DNA of 64,000 nucleotides from Candidatus Woesebacteria bacterium (GTDB lineage Bacteria; Patescibacteriota; Microgenomatia; UBA1400; UBA12108): NCBI GenBank assembly GCA_018060845.1, contig JAGOVG010000005.1, positions 2,530 to 66,529 of the forward strand, read 5' to 3'. Shown piece by piece: positions 16,765 to 26,703 of this stretch (position 1 is its first letter; each line of letters starts with the position of its first letter). The notes under the pieces were generated by a model. It saw only the letters and a program-made list of their open reading frames with translations, ran no database searches and was not told where the DNA came from. The position numbers and the translations under genes were made by a program.

Positions 16765-18738
16765 ATGCAAGTCCCTATCCAGACCATCATCTACGCTCTC
16801 TCCATCTTCATCCCCCTGACCTTTACCACCATCAACTCTGAGCTCTTCGAGTTCCCCAAGTTTATTTTGTTACTATCAGGCACGCTTACTATCCTAACTG
16901 CTTGGATAATCGACATATTGGTAAATAAAAAAACCTTTGATCCTAAATATTTTGTAAAAAATCCCATCTCAGTAGCAGTACTAGCAGTGCTCGCCACCCA
17001 GCTAATAGCCACTATTTTTAGCATCAATCCCTATACCAGTTTTTGGGGATACTACAGCCGCTACCACCAAGGTCTCCTAACCACTATTTGCTACACAGTT
17101 GTCTATTTTGCAGCTACTATTTACCTGGACAAAAAAAGTATCCAAAAACTAATCAAAGTATCGGTAGGAACAGCCTTTGTTATTAGCCTATATGCCATCT
17201 CTCAGCGCCTAGGAGTAGATAAATCGCTCTGGATCCAGGACGTGGTTAACCGCCCGTTTAGCACCCTCGGCCAGCCAAACTGGCTCGCCGCCTACCTACT
17301 CCCCAACCTATTCTTGGCTTTATATTTATTACAAATAAGCAAATCAAAAAACCACTCTGCAATATCCACCATCTCCTACCTACTAATTTTTGCCGCCCTC
17401 CTCCTCACCAAATCGCGCTCCGGCTTTCTTGCGTTTGTAATTAGCTATGGCGTCTACTTTGCACTCCTCGCTCGCCAACTAAGTTTTTCAAGTATAAAAA
17501 AACAGATATCTCTTTCTACTTTCTACTTTCTACTTGTCACTATCTTTATCGGTACTCCCTATACTCCATCTATTTTTAACCTGATCCAAAGCCAGCCTGC
17601 CCGCCTACCTGCAACTGCTGGTGGCGGGGGTACTCAGCTAGAGAATGGCGGGACAGAGAGCGGCGACATCCGCCGCATAGTCTGGACAGGTGCACTAGAG
17701 CTTACCAAAGATAATCCTGTAGTTGGCACTGGTCCCGAGACTTTTGCTTATACATACTATTGGGAGCGGCCCACAGCTCACAACAATACGTCTGAGTGGG
17801 ACTACTTATATAACAAAGCCCACAACGAGTATCTAAATATCGCGGCAACCAGTGGTCTCCTCGGCCTCCTCGCCTATCTCTATTTTCACTATGCAGTCTT
17901 TAAAAAGAGTTTAGCCCTGATCCCCAAAACCAAAAAAATTGACCAAGAGCAAGATAATCTGACTCGTCATTTACTCCCTGTATTTAGCGCAAGCATCACT
18001 AGTTTTGCTATTACCAACTTCTTTGGTTTTTCGGTGATCCCCGTCTATTTACTCATGACCCTCGTTGCAACTCTACCAATTGCAATCAAAAATGAAGCAT
18101 CGCCAAATAACACTAAACTCGGTAATTGGCACTTACTACTATTAGTCCCGCTCCTATATCCTCTGCACTTATTCCTCGCAGACGCGAGCTATGCCAAAGG
18201 TAAAGCCTATTTGGATGCCAACCAGCCAGGTGCAGCCCTGCCGCTACTACAAAAAGCAAGCAACAGTCGGCCTGGGTTAGACCTCTACCATAGCGCGCTA
18301 GGTGAGACATACGCACTGCTAGGTCAGTCTGAGCAAGCTGTCAAAGAAGCCGAACTAACCAAAAAATTAAACCCCTACCATCTCAACTTCCACAAAAGTC
18401 GGGCTAAGATCTACCTCACACTATCTGCGTCTAACACAGATTTCTACCAAAAAGCCGCCACAGAACTAGAGGATGCAGTCAAACTAGCTCCTACCGACCC
18501 CAAGCTCGCTTACAACCTAGGTCTTGTATATACAAGACTAGGTAGTAATGACAGAGCGATCGAGCACTTTAAACGAGCGATAGATCTTAAGCCAAACTAC
18601 GAGAGTCCCTATTATGCGCTAACTCTCCTCTACGAGCAGACTGATCAAAAGAAGCAAATCCCAGAGTTACTCACTGGCGCAAAACAGAACTTAGCGACTT
18701 ACAGCAGCGCGTTAAACGAAAAAATAAGCACTTACTAA
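16765..18738 (+). CDS. O-antigen ligase/polymerase (Wzy_C)-like polytopic membrane protein with a C-terminal TPR-repeat domain.
   Basis: ~12 predicted TM helices. C-terminal TPR-like repeats (AYNLGLVYTRLGSNDRAIEHFKRAIDLKP). Confidence 0.6.
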   Translation: MQVPIQTIIYALSIFIPLTFTTINSELFEFPKFILLLSGTLTILTAWIIDILVNKKTFDPKYFVKNPISVAVLAVLATQLIATIFSINPYTSFWGYYSRYHQGLLTTICYTVVYFAATIYLDKKSIQKLIKVSVGTAFVISLYAISQRLGVDKSLWIQDVVNRPFSTLGQPNWLAAYLLPNLFLALYLLQISKSKNHSAISTISYLLIFAALLLTKSRSGFLAFVISYGVYFALLARQLSFSSIKKQISLSTFYFLLVTIFIGTPYTPSIFNLIQSQPARLPATAGGGGTQLENGGTESGDIRRIVWTGALELTKDNPVVGTGPETFAYTYYWERPTAHNNTSEWDYLYNKAHNEYLNIAATSGLLGLLAYLYFHYAVFKKSLALIPKTKKIDQEQDNLTRHLLPVFSASITSFAITNFFGFSVIPVYLLMTLVATLPIAIKNEASPNNTKLGNWHLLLLVPLLYPLHLFLADASYAKGKAYLDANQPGAALPLLQKASNSRPGLDLYHSALGETYALLGQSEQAVKEAELTKKLNPYHLNFHKSRAKIYLTLSASNTDFYQKAATELEDAVKLAPTDPKLAYNLGLVYTRLGSNDRAIEHFKRAIDLKPNYESPYYALTLLYEQTDQKKQIPELLTGAKQNLATYSSALNEKISTY

Positions 18739-19073
18739 TCGTATCCATGTTCTTTTTTGTAAGCTATAAGAGTAGCTTGAATTGTTTCGTGATTCGGATT
18801 CTGCTCGCATAGTTTGGTCAGGTGGGTCAACATAGGATCTTCACCAGCATTGGGATCAAACGTAGCATATTTTCTCTGTTTCCTACCAGGTTTTAAAAAC
18901 TCTTTCAAATCTTCATCTTGTTGCTGTTTAGATTTGAACAGTCTTCTAACCCAATCCATAAACCAAGTAGCGTTTTCATCTACCTCATTTTTGTTAGGCT
19001 CCCACCATTCTTTAGACATAATATTCGTGAAATAAATTTTATAATATATCGCATCTATATCATACCACATCAC
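18735..19073 (-). CDS. Hypothetical protein
   Basis: ORF only. Confidence 0.3.
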   Translation of the reverse strand: MMWYDIDAIYYKIYFTNIMSKEWWEPNKNEVDENATWFMDWVRRLFKSKQQQDEDLKEFLKPGRKQRKYATFDPNAGEDPMLTHLTKLCEQNPNHETIQATLIAYKKEHGYD

Positions 19074-19097
19074 TACATTCTTGATATAATAACTCTC

Positions 19098-19646
19098 ATG
19101 TCATCCATTCTCTCAGTCCCCCACCCTACACTTCGCACCCAGTGCGAGCCGATTACCAATATTACCAGGGAGATTCAGGAGGAGATACAGGACCTAATCG
19201 ACGCATTAAAAGGTGCCCACGACCCAGAGGGGGTCGGCCTCTCATTCCCCCAGATCGGTATTACCAAACGTGGTTTTGCCACCTATCTCGAGAAAAAAGT
19301 CCGCATCTACTTAAACCCTGAGATCATAGATCAGAGTGAAGAGACTACGCTCGGTGGCACCCCAGAGCGCCCCACACTTGAGGGCTGCCTCTCCATCCCT
19401 CACCTCTACGGCCCAGTCCCAAGAGCAAAGAAGATCAAGATTAAGGCAATCGACGAACACGGGTCCGAGATTGTTAAGACTTTTACTAGCTTCCCCGCCC
19501 GCGTCTTCCTCCATGAGCAAGACCACCTCGATGGTATTCTCTTTACCGACTACACGCTAAAAAACAGCCTCCCGCTCTACTTCCTGGACCACGACCAGGA
19601 TCGCTTTGTCCAGGTCGCAGACCCAAAAGAGATTGTTAAGTGGTAA
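19098..19646 (+). CDS. def: Peptide deformylase. Start moved to the internal Met (MSSILSV); the track ORF starts upstream at TTG.
   Basis: GVGLSFPQIG, EGCLSIP and HEQDHLDG motifs (the three PDF motifs). Confidence 0.85.
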   Translation: MSSILSVPHPTLRTQCEPITNITREIQEEIQDLIDALKGAHDPEGVGLSFPQIGITKRGFATYLEKKVRIYLNPEIIDQSEETTLGGTPERPTLEGCLSIPHLYGPVPRAKKIKIKAIDEHGSEIVKTFTSFPARVFLHEQDHLDGILFTDYTLKNSLPLYFLDHDQDRFVQVADPKEIVKW

Positions 19647-19721
19647 TACATCATATTCAGCCTTGATTTCAAAATAACCTATAGCACTTGATTTTTGGAT
19701 CATAAATGATAGAATCATAAT

Positions 19722-19985
19722 ATGACAGATGCAGAAAATCTTCTTGAACAGGAAGTAGCTTTAAGAGCAAAATTTAAGGAACTCTTTCCTGATGAAAGTG
19801 ATGTAGTAACTCTTTCTGTAATCGCGTACAGATTAAGACTACAGGAATTACAAACTAATGCAATTGCGAGTAGGTTTTCAGAGACTGCTAATGATACACA
19901 ACGAATTATGAATATCACCAAAGATAAATTTGGAGTTGGCAGAGAAGTAGGTGAACCATCAAAATCTAGCCCCAATCAGGGATAA
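19722..19985 (+). CDS. Hypothetical protein (87 aa)
   Basis: ORF only. Confidence 0.3.
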   Translation: MTDAENLLEQEVALRAKFKELFPDESDVVTLSVIAYRLRLQELQTNAIASRFSETANDTQRIMNITKDKFGVGREVGEPSKSSPNQG

Positions 19986-20053
19986 CTACGAATTGGTAAA
20001 TTGACACATTCTATAAATTGAATACCTTGTCTAACAACTTGCTTGCTACACAA

Positions 20054-20467
20054 TCAATTCCCGGATTTTAATTGTTTTTGCTTTGCAAATATCACACATA
20101 CTTGATCACCTTCATTGTATGCTGGATCCTCAAAATGATATAGTGTGTCAGATCTACTCCACACAGACTCAACTTCACCATTATCACTCATAATAAAATA
20201 CTGATCTCCCAATAATCTGACATCCCAATTGGATAATTTGTCCCATGCTGTTGCCATTATCGCATCCACCGGTTTTACCTCCACACAGGCAGTCTCAACA
20301 CCCCCTACTGTAGCCATGGTGATTGGCAAATTTTTGACATGCTCATAGTCATTGTTAACCATAGACGCGAGCCATAAAATCACCACAAACGCCAAGCCAG
20401 TCTCAGCAATTCCTAGCCACGGAGCTTCTTTAGGAGTTTTTGGTTGATCTTCCTCTGTCATAGACAC
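20054..20467 (-). CDS. Hypothetical membrane-anchored protein
   Basis: ORF with an N-terminal TM helix. Confidence 0.35.
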   Translation of the reverse strand: MSMTEEDQPKTPKEAPWLGIAETGLAFVVILWLASMVNNDYEHVKNLPITMATVGGVETACVEVKPVDAIMATAWDKLSNWDVRLLGDQYFIMSDNGEVESVWSRSDTLYHFEDPAYNEGDQVCVIFAKQKQLKSGN

Positions 20468-20494
20468 TCATTATACCCATATAGTCCAGTAGTC

Positions 20495-20851
20495 TTAACA
20501 TTTATTCTTTGTTTTTGCTATCTTTTTCAGGATATCTTGTGTCATTCTTGGTTGAGATGCATAAGCTACAAACTCCTCTTGCGTCATCCCGTCTGGACAA
20601 TAAAACGCGTCAGATTTTTCTCTAGCCACCTTACGGAAACTATTAGTACTATCAGCCTTAACCTCTGCAGCGATGACTACAGGAGGTGTAACAGAATTAA
20701 CTATACTCTCCTCTAATAGTAGAGCGTCGACACCTTGTTCCAATCTGCCAGCTGTTGCGTTAGGATCTTTCAACAATGATTCATCTCTCAATAGCAAATT
20801 TTTTGTTTGCTTGCCAAGTTTTCCGAGCAGCGTTTCGAGGTTTAACGGCAT
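20495..20851 (-). CDS. Hypothetical protein
   Basis: ORF only. Confidence 0.3.
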   Translation of the reverse strand: MPLNLETLLGKLGKQTKNLLLRDESLLKDPNATAGRLEQGVDALLLEESIVNSVTPPVVIAAEVKADSTNSFRKVAREKSDAFYCPDGMTQEEFVAYASQPRMTQDILKKIAKTKNKC

Positions 20852-20988
20852 AATTTATCCTACTCAATAATTAGTTTATCGTACTATTTGCTATAATTGT
20901 AACTTATTATAACCTATAGTTGTTAGTTTTTCAACTATATATTATGAGTTATACAATTCAAGACTTTGCTTACAGAGATGGTGAATAG

Positions 20989-21504
20989 TTATCTCTTCAA
21001 ATGAGTCATACAAGTTAAAGCATTTGTGATCTGTCCACTTACGTCTTCTAAGTGCCTTGCTGTCTTTGGATAATCAGGTTTTTGACAACCACTAAACATT
21101 GCTTCAAATTGCCCACTGCCACATGACACACTCATAAGCAACATTCTGTGATAATAGAAGACCATCGCAACAAAGTCAAAATCGCCAGACGAAAAGTCAT
21201 TTCGATTTGATAAATCAATTTTTGAAATATTCGCTAGCAGCATCAACCTGGCTCTAAACCCGTCTACATGGTGTTCATAACCTGGCCTACTCAGACCAGC
21301 ATCAAATACCAGTCCTATGCTGTCATTTTGAATCACTCCATAAGGATTACTCCTCATGTATTTATACGCAGCATGTACAGCTGGGACATACTTATCTCTA
21401 TCTCTTTTCCAATGCAAATCCCACGGTTTAATTTCTTCCAATGGCTTGTAGTTCATCCTGACAGCTTCTACTGTTCTATATTCTCCCCAATTAAACATAG
21501 TCAC
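20989..21504 (-). CDS. Hypothetical protein (171 aa)
   Basis: ORF only. Confidence 0.35.
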   Translation of the reverse strand: MTMFNWGEYRTVEAVRMNYKPLEEIKPWDLHWKRDRDKYVPAVHAAYKYMRSNPYGVIQNDSIGLVFDAGLSRPGYEHHVDGFRARLMLLANISKIDLSNRNDFSSGDFDFVAMVFYYHRMLLMSVSCGSGQFEAMFSGCQKPDYPKTARHLEDVSGQITNALTCMTHLKR

Positions 21505-21605
21505 ATTATACCCTATAACATGTAATAATCAAGCAATACCCTATCTAATGCATTATTGTCGGTTATAGGTATATAAAAGTTATTTGATCAGGCTATAATG
21601 AAGTT

Positions 21606-22589
21606 ATGACTATGATCATCTTTTTTGGCTCCGATCGGTTTAGCGCAGTAGTACTTGGTGAATTGATTAAGCAAAATCATGCCCCAAAATTAGTCGTAAC
21701 CGACCCACCAAAACCTGCCCGCAATGCTTCGCATAGCGATGCAGGCGGGCCCAAAGTTAAAAAGGGTGTAATAGTACCCAACCAGGTTGAAAATTTGGCA
21801 GTTACGCAAAGTATAAATGTAGCTTATTATCCATCAAAAAGCGAAAGTCCGAACAATTTACTAGAACTCATCGCTAACCACTCAAGCCAAGGTGTTATAA
21901 CTGGCCTCTCTGCCTCTTTCCCCCATCTCTTCCCTCCCTCCATTATCAACGCGTTTGGTGGATCATTATATAACTTGCACCCCTCCCTCCTTCCCCAGTA
22001 CAGGAACGTTGCCCCCGGACCCTACGCTATTGCGACGGGTGATAAAGTAACCGGGATCTCGCTCTTCCCAATTGGAATCGGCATCGATAATGGTCAGTTG
22101 GTCGGCCAACAAAAGGAACTCATTCTCCCTACTGACACCACCTCCACCCTACTTACCCGACTCTTTACTATCGGTACCGAGCTATTTATCAAGTACCTAG
22201 ATGAGCCACACAATCCAAATCTTACAAATGATATCCCAGTTATGAGCTCTTCCGAACTTATCTTTACTCGCAAATTAACTAGGGAATCTGGTTTTATCGA
22301 GTGGGATATTGTCCAAAAATTGATTAACAACAAGGCTATTACAAAAGACGAAATTAGCAATCCATTAATCAAGCTCCGCCTCACCAACCACCCAGAGCGA
22401 ACAGAGAGCATCCTCACAGACCTAATCCGTGCACTAGATACCTACGAGCGAGTCTGGACGGTAGCAAAGTCAAAAAAAGGCGAACTCCAACTTACTCTAT
22501 CCCTTTCACCAAGTGGCGAAATCATGGTCCTAATCCCAGGCAAGCCAAAACCGATCTCTTACTCACAATTTTTGTCCAATTACCAATAG
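21606..22589 (+). CDS. fmt: Methionyl-tRNA formyltransferase
   Basis: N-terminal formyltransferase fold (IIFFGSDRFS..., NLHPSLLPQYRN). C-terminal Fmt domain. Confidence 0.85.
   Translation: MTMIIFFGSDRFSAVVLGELIKQNHAPKLVVTDPPKPARNASHSDAGGPKVKKGVIVPNQVENLAVTQSINVAYYPSKSESPNNLLELIANHSSQGVITGLSASFPHLFPPSIINAFGGSLYNLHPSLLPQYRNVAPGPYAIATGDKVTGISLFPIGIGIDNGQLVGQQKELILPTDTTSTLLTRLFTIGTELFIKYLDEPHNPNLTNDIPVMSSSELIFTRKLTRESGFIEWDIVQKLINNKAITKDEISNPLIKLRLTNHPERTESILTDLIRALDTYERVWTVAKSKKGELQLTLSLSPSGEIMVLIPGKPKPISYSQFLSNYQ
21714..21749. repeat. Family R2 small hairpin repeat, copy A (cctgcccgcaatgcttcgcatagcgatgcaggcggg). It lies in-frame inside fmt and encodes ARNASHSDAGG, which looks like an 8-aa insertion relative to canonical Fmt.
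   Basis: Sequence identity with the copies at 52023 and 62528. Confidence 0.5.
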
Positions 22590-22611
22590 TGTTAGAATAT
22601 CGCCCTATACT

Positions 22612-22938
22612 ATGACGTGTCATGCATGTGAAGGTCTTCCGCCTGGTACCTGTGCTCTGCGAGATTCTCTTCGCGGACAACTAAAACCAAATTATAATAA
22701 AGTACAGCCAGTAGATAATAGGATGACGGACTTTGTAGTAGACGATCTTGAAAAGGTTAATAGTCTTGCTAGGAGTAAAGGAATAAAGACTGATCCCACA
22801 GTTGATAAAGTGTTATGGAGGACTAATCTAACAAAGAATATAAAACTAGGAATTGATCAATTCCCAGATTGTAGCACATTTTTTATCTCTTACTTGCGGG
22901 TACTATACTTTTTTCGTACTATCTGGGATCAAGCATAA
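22612..22938 (+). CDS. Hypothetical protein
   Basis: ORF only. Confidence 0.25.
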   Translation: MTCHACEGLPPGTCALRDSLRGQLKPNYNKVQPVDNRMTDFVVDDLEKVNSLARSKGIKTDPTVDKVLWRTNLTKNIKLGIDQFPDCSTFFISYLRVLYFFRTIWDQA

Positions 22939-22944
22939 AATAGT

Positions 22945-23130
22945 TTATTTTGGCTTTTTGTTCATCAATTTACTCTTTACATCCTGATTCTGGGGCAGCT
23001 CCAGCGCACTTTTATACACACTTTGAGACTTTGATCGAGCACTTCGTCTAAACCATCCTCGTAACACGCCCGGATCGATCTGAGTTGAACCCTCTTCAAC
23101 AACGTCTTCTGCTTTTAAAGTTATTACCAT
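22945..23130 (-). CDS. Hypothetical small protein
   Basis: ORF. 7-nt overlap with the upstream ORF. Confidence 0.2.
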   Translation of the reverse strand: MVITLKAEDVVEEGSTQIDPGVLRGWFRRSARSKSQSVYKSALELPQNQDVKSKLMNKKPK

Positions 23131-23429
23131 TTTGAAGCGTCATTTCCTGCTCTGCCTCCACCAAGTATGTTATGCATAAATCCAAAGAGTCCTGCATTAG
23201 GATCTGCTCTACCTGATGAGCCACCAAAAAATGAATCTATCCATCTTTGCTTATCTATTCTCGCTTGTTCTAGTGCTTCTTCAGCCAGCCTCACTCTCCT
23301 TGCTTTATCTGCTGCTTCTGCCTTATCTTCGCGTGCCCCTCTAAGTGTTTCTAGAGTATTATCATCAACGTACGTTGTCTGTGTACCGTATTTTTTCTTT
23401 AGGTTTTCTAAGAATTTCATGTTAAACAT
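23124..23429 (-). CDS. Hypothetical protein with a Gly-rich C-terminus
   Basis: ORF only. Confidence 0.3.
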   Translation of the reverse strand: MFNMKFLENLKKKYGTQTTYVDDNTLETLRGAREDKAEAADKARRVRLAEEALEQARIDKQRWIDSFFGGSSGRADPNAGLFGFMHNILGGGRAGNDASKW

Positions 23430-23541
23430 AGTTTACTCCTACAACATATCGTGTCATAAGTAGTTCTTGCATGCATTTACTCATCCTCAAGGTCACGAAC
23501 ATAAAACTTATAGTATAATATCCAGAAACAGAGGATCGAAT

Positions 23542-24267
23542 ATGGCACAACTTAGTGGATATGAGCAAGAACAATCATTTCTCTACGAGAGTTACGCACC
23601 TCACGACGACATTGTAAAAGCCATCCTATATAGCATCCATTTTCTTGCTGCGACCAATTTAGCAGAGATAGTAGCGATGCATGAATCTGGTGATCTGAAA
23701 AGTGGCTATGGATACACTCCTAACCAGCTTGATGCCATTGATAAGGCTCTAAAAGGTTGTCAGCCACATAACATGTTCTATTATCTTACTCCTCATTCTA
23801 AGAAATTAGCCGTACTAGCAAGCAGAACCGCCGAGCTAAACCCTGATTCAAACATTGCTACTGCCAAACTACCTCTAACCTCCATGAGTATTGCCGATCA
23901 ACAACTAAAGATGGATGTAGCTGCAACGTCCTACGAAGGCGAAATAAAATTCAGGTTACCAGTAAAGCACGCATCATCTACCAAATTAAACAAGATTCAT
24001 TGGGGAGCGGGCAGACATGAATTACAAGGCTTCCTAAAGACTGAGGTATACCACATGATAGTAGACCTCGCTCCATGCTTTGTCACTCAGACAGCAATAG
24101 TATTGGACCGTGAGAGCCAAAATCATGTCGATCGGGTAATAAGTCGGGTACCAAAAAACCAAACTAGCATAATGCCTGGTTTCATTGAACAAGGTAGACA
24201 ACGGAGATCTGGTAGCCACTTAGACGTCGCCGATCAAGGTGATAATCCAAACCAAAATAGCGACTAG
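23542..24267 (+). CDS. Hypothetical protein. Start moved to MAQLSGY, which has an RBS (AGAGGA).
   Basis: ORF. Convergent and abutting (0 nt gap) the VirD4-like gene. Confidence 0.35.
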   Translation: MAQLSGYEQEQSFLYESYAPHDDIVKAILYSIHFLAATNLAEIVAMHESGDLKSGYGYTPNQLDAIDKALKGCQPHNMFYYLTPHSKKLAVLASRTAELNPDSNIATAKLPLTSMSIADQQLKMDVAATSYEGEIKFRLPVKHASSTKLNKIHWGAGRHELQGFLKTEVYHMIVDLAPCFVTQTAIVLDRESQNHVDRVISRVPKNQTSIMPGFIEQGRQRRSGSHLDVADQGDNPNQNSD

Positions 24268-26427
24268 TCACCCTCTCCCCCACCGCTCCCTAGAGACCCG
24301 TATCACTTTATCCCTATTCTGGTTTTTGCTGGCTGGTAGCGGCAGTGTCCTAGCGACAAATGCCCTCCCTGACATCGAATCCACCATTAGCCGCAAGGCT
24401 ATCTGGAAGTTCTCTAGGTTTACCAGATCTTTGTCCGTAAAGACGTCCCCAAACTCTTTCATAATAATGCGGCTATCATCCGCGCCCATCGTAAAGGCAG
24501 CAATGGACCCAGCATTGCCTAAGATCGCCTTTTGCACCTCGATCGGGATCTGCGCCATGTACTGGTTGGCCATCATTAGGTTCAGCTTGTACTTACGCGC
24601 TTCGGACAAAATTTTAATAAATGAAGTAGTCGCAAAGTTCTGGAACTCGTCAACATATAGATAAAAATCCCGTCTCTCTGCTTCAGCCTGCTCTACTCTA
24701 TTCATCGCCGCCAATTGGAACTTGGTGATAAGCATTGCCCCAATGAGTGCCGCATTATCCTCCCCCAGCTTGCCCTGTGAGAGGTTGGCAATCAGGATCT
24801 TTCCATCATTCATCACTTCCTCTATATCCACCGAGCTCTGCGGCCTCTCGATAATCGCGCGGATCAGGGGCGAGCTTATAAACTGTCCCACTTTATTTAG
24901 GATCGGTGCGATAGATTCTTGCTGCATCTTCTCTGGCATCCGCTCAAACTCGTTTTCAAAATAACGCTTAATCACTGGGTCCTTGAGTCCTGCTACGACT
25001 TGTGCACGGTAGCCCCGCTCGGTTAGTATCCGCGGTACATCAACGAGCGTTGCCCCCGGTGTCTCAGATAATGCTAACAAGGTGTTGCGCAAAATATACT
25101 CGAGTCGTGGTCCCCACGAATGACCATATAGTTTGTTAAAGATCGCTACAATCCCAGAGACGATTAACTCCCGCTGCGTCGGATCTTTTACTTCGAGGAT
25201 ATTTAGTCGGACCGGCCGGTCACGATCTATTGGATTAAAGTAAATCACATCGTTAATTCGGCTAGCTGGGATATAGTCCATGATCGTCTCAGATAGGTCT
25301 CCGTGCGGGTCTATGATCGCAATCCCCCGTCCCTTTTTGATATCATCTATCGCCATATTGGCAATGAGGGTACTTTTACCAGTCCCCGTCTTACCTATAC
25401 TCCAGATGTGGCGACGTCGGTCTGCCTCTTTTATACCAAAGATTAAGTCTCTATTTTTAAACACTGTCCGGGCAAAAAAGTTAATCTTGGACTTTTCTTC
25501 ATCACTCGCTCCCTCAGCAATCGGCAAGTTTTCTGGTGGCTCCGAAAATACGCGCGCTCCCCAGACTATCATTGGGATCTTAACTTTTTCGCTCGGTAGG
25601 TGCCACAGCGTCGCCATCTCTGGGACAGATGCCACGCGCTTGCCAACAGGCGTGCGCGCTAGTAGTTTTTTGCGCCACGACTCCATCCCAAACATAGGGC
25701 TAGATAGGTGCCAGCTGTTACCATCGGGTCTGGAGAATACACCATAGACACTAGATAGCTCAGCTAGGCGTCCGCTCCGGTTCGTCCCAATGCGAAAGGT
25801 TACACTAAATCCCTCATGCCCTATCTTATCCTCGATCCCGCGGGCGTTAGGCAGTGTCCCCCGTTTCTCAGAATAACCTTGATGGTTTTGGGTTACGCCC
25901 ATACTACGCCCTCGGTCTAGAGCACTCCTCCCCTCACTTTGCCACCCCTCAGGCGCGGCAGACAAGACCCAGGACAGCCAGATTACCTCACCTGGCTCGG
26001 CCTTGGACAGAACCGAGAGGTATGAGTTGATGGGGTCTGTGTCCCGAAAGTCGCTCCAGGTCTTAAGCGGGTAAAATGAGGCCAAAGACAGCTTGAGTTC
26101 GCCCACATTCATCCCACTAATTAGATTAACTAGTGGGTCTGTCATAGGCGTAATGGTTGCGAGCGGGTATGTCGACTGGATCTGGGCAGTTACAAACTGG
26201 GAGAGGTAAGACGAGCAGGTGACCAAAAAGCGTATTTTCTGCTCCCACACCCCGATCTCCAGAGCCACTACCGGCTTTGGCTCCCCTTTAATCCAGATAT
26301 CAAATAGGGATTTGTGTAGGATGCGGGGGAAGGTAGAGAGGAACGTTGCTGCCGACTCAGGAGTAACCTCTGTTTCGCGCGGGATAGTAACAAGATGGGT
26401 CGTTAGGGCAGCAGTCATACCCTTCAA
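24268..26427 (-). CDS. TraD/VirD4/TrwB-family type IV coupling-protein-like P-loop ATPase (T4SS DNA-transfer/AAA_10-like), with a ~300-aa N-terminal region of unknown function.
   Basis: Walker A GKTGTGKST, IIDPHGD and a conserved downstream region typical of conjugative coupling ATPases. No other T4SS genes are adjacent. Confidence 0.55.
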   Translation of the reverse strand: MKGMTAALTTHLVTIPRETEVTPESAATFLSTFPRILHKSLFDIWIKGEPKPVVALEIGVWEQKIRFLVTCSSYLSQFVTAQIQSTYPLATITPMTDPLVNLISGMNVGELKLSLASFYPLKTWSDFRDTDPINSYLSVLSKAEPGEVIWLSWVLSAAPEGWQSEGRSALDRGRSMGVTQNHQGYSEKRGTLPNARGIEDKIGHEGFSVTFRIGTNRSGRLAELSSVYGVFSRPDGNSWHLSSPMFGMESWRKKLLARTPVGKRVASVPEMATLWHLPSEKVKIPMIVWGARVFSEPPENLPIAEGASDEEKSKINFFARTVFKNRDLIFGIKEADRRRHIWSIGKTGTGKSTLIANMAIDDIKKGRGIAIIDPHGDLSETIMDYIPASRINDVIYFNPIDRDRPVRLNILEVKDPTQRELIVSGIVAIFNKLYGHSWGPRLEYILRNTLLALSETPGATLVDVPRILTERGYRAQVVAGLKDPVIKRYFENEFERMPEKMQQESIAPILNKVGQFISSPLIRAIIERPQSSVDIEEVMNDGKILIANLSQGKLGEDNAALIGAMLITKFQLAAMNRVEQAEAERRDFYLYVDEFQNFATTSFIKILSEARKYKLNLMMANQYMAQIPIEVQKAILGNAGSIAAFTMGADDSRIIMKEFGDVFTDKDLVNLENFQIALRLMVDSMSGRAFVARTLPLPASKNQNRDKVIRVSRERWGRG

Positions 26428-26460
26428 GTATATACCAAAAACTATCGAGAAATTTTATTC

Positions 26461-26667
26461 TTAAGCAGTCGGAGCCACTTTGGCTACTCGACCTTTAACA
26501 CTGCGTAGACACTTGGTGCAGAGACGTAGTCTAAGGCGTGCTTCGCCTATCTGCATACGATGGGTATGTAGGTTTGGTTTGCGTACGCGCTGGGTGCGGT
26601 TTTTGGCGTGCGAGACGTTGTGTCCCACATCACGCTTTTTACCACAAAGATCACACATGTTTGCCAT
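26461..26667 (-). CDS. rpmB: 50S ribosomal protein L28. Start moved to the internal Met.
   Basis: CDLCGKK...GHNVSHAKNRTQRVRKPNL... L28 signature. Confidence 0.75.
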   Translation of the reverse strand: MANMCDLCGKKRDVGHNVSHAKNRTQRVRKPNLHTHRMQIGEARLRLRLCTKCLRSVKGRVAKVAPTA

Positions 26668-26703
26668 AGATGTGTAGTTTATCACAAGCTTAGTAAATTG
26701 TAA

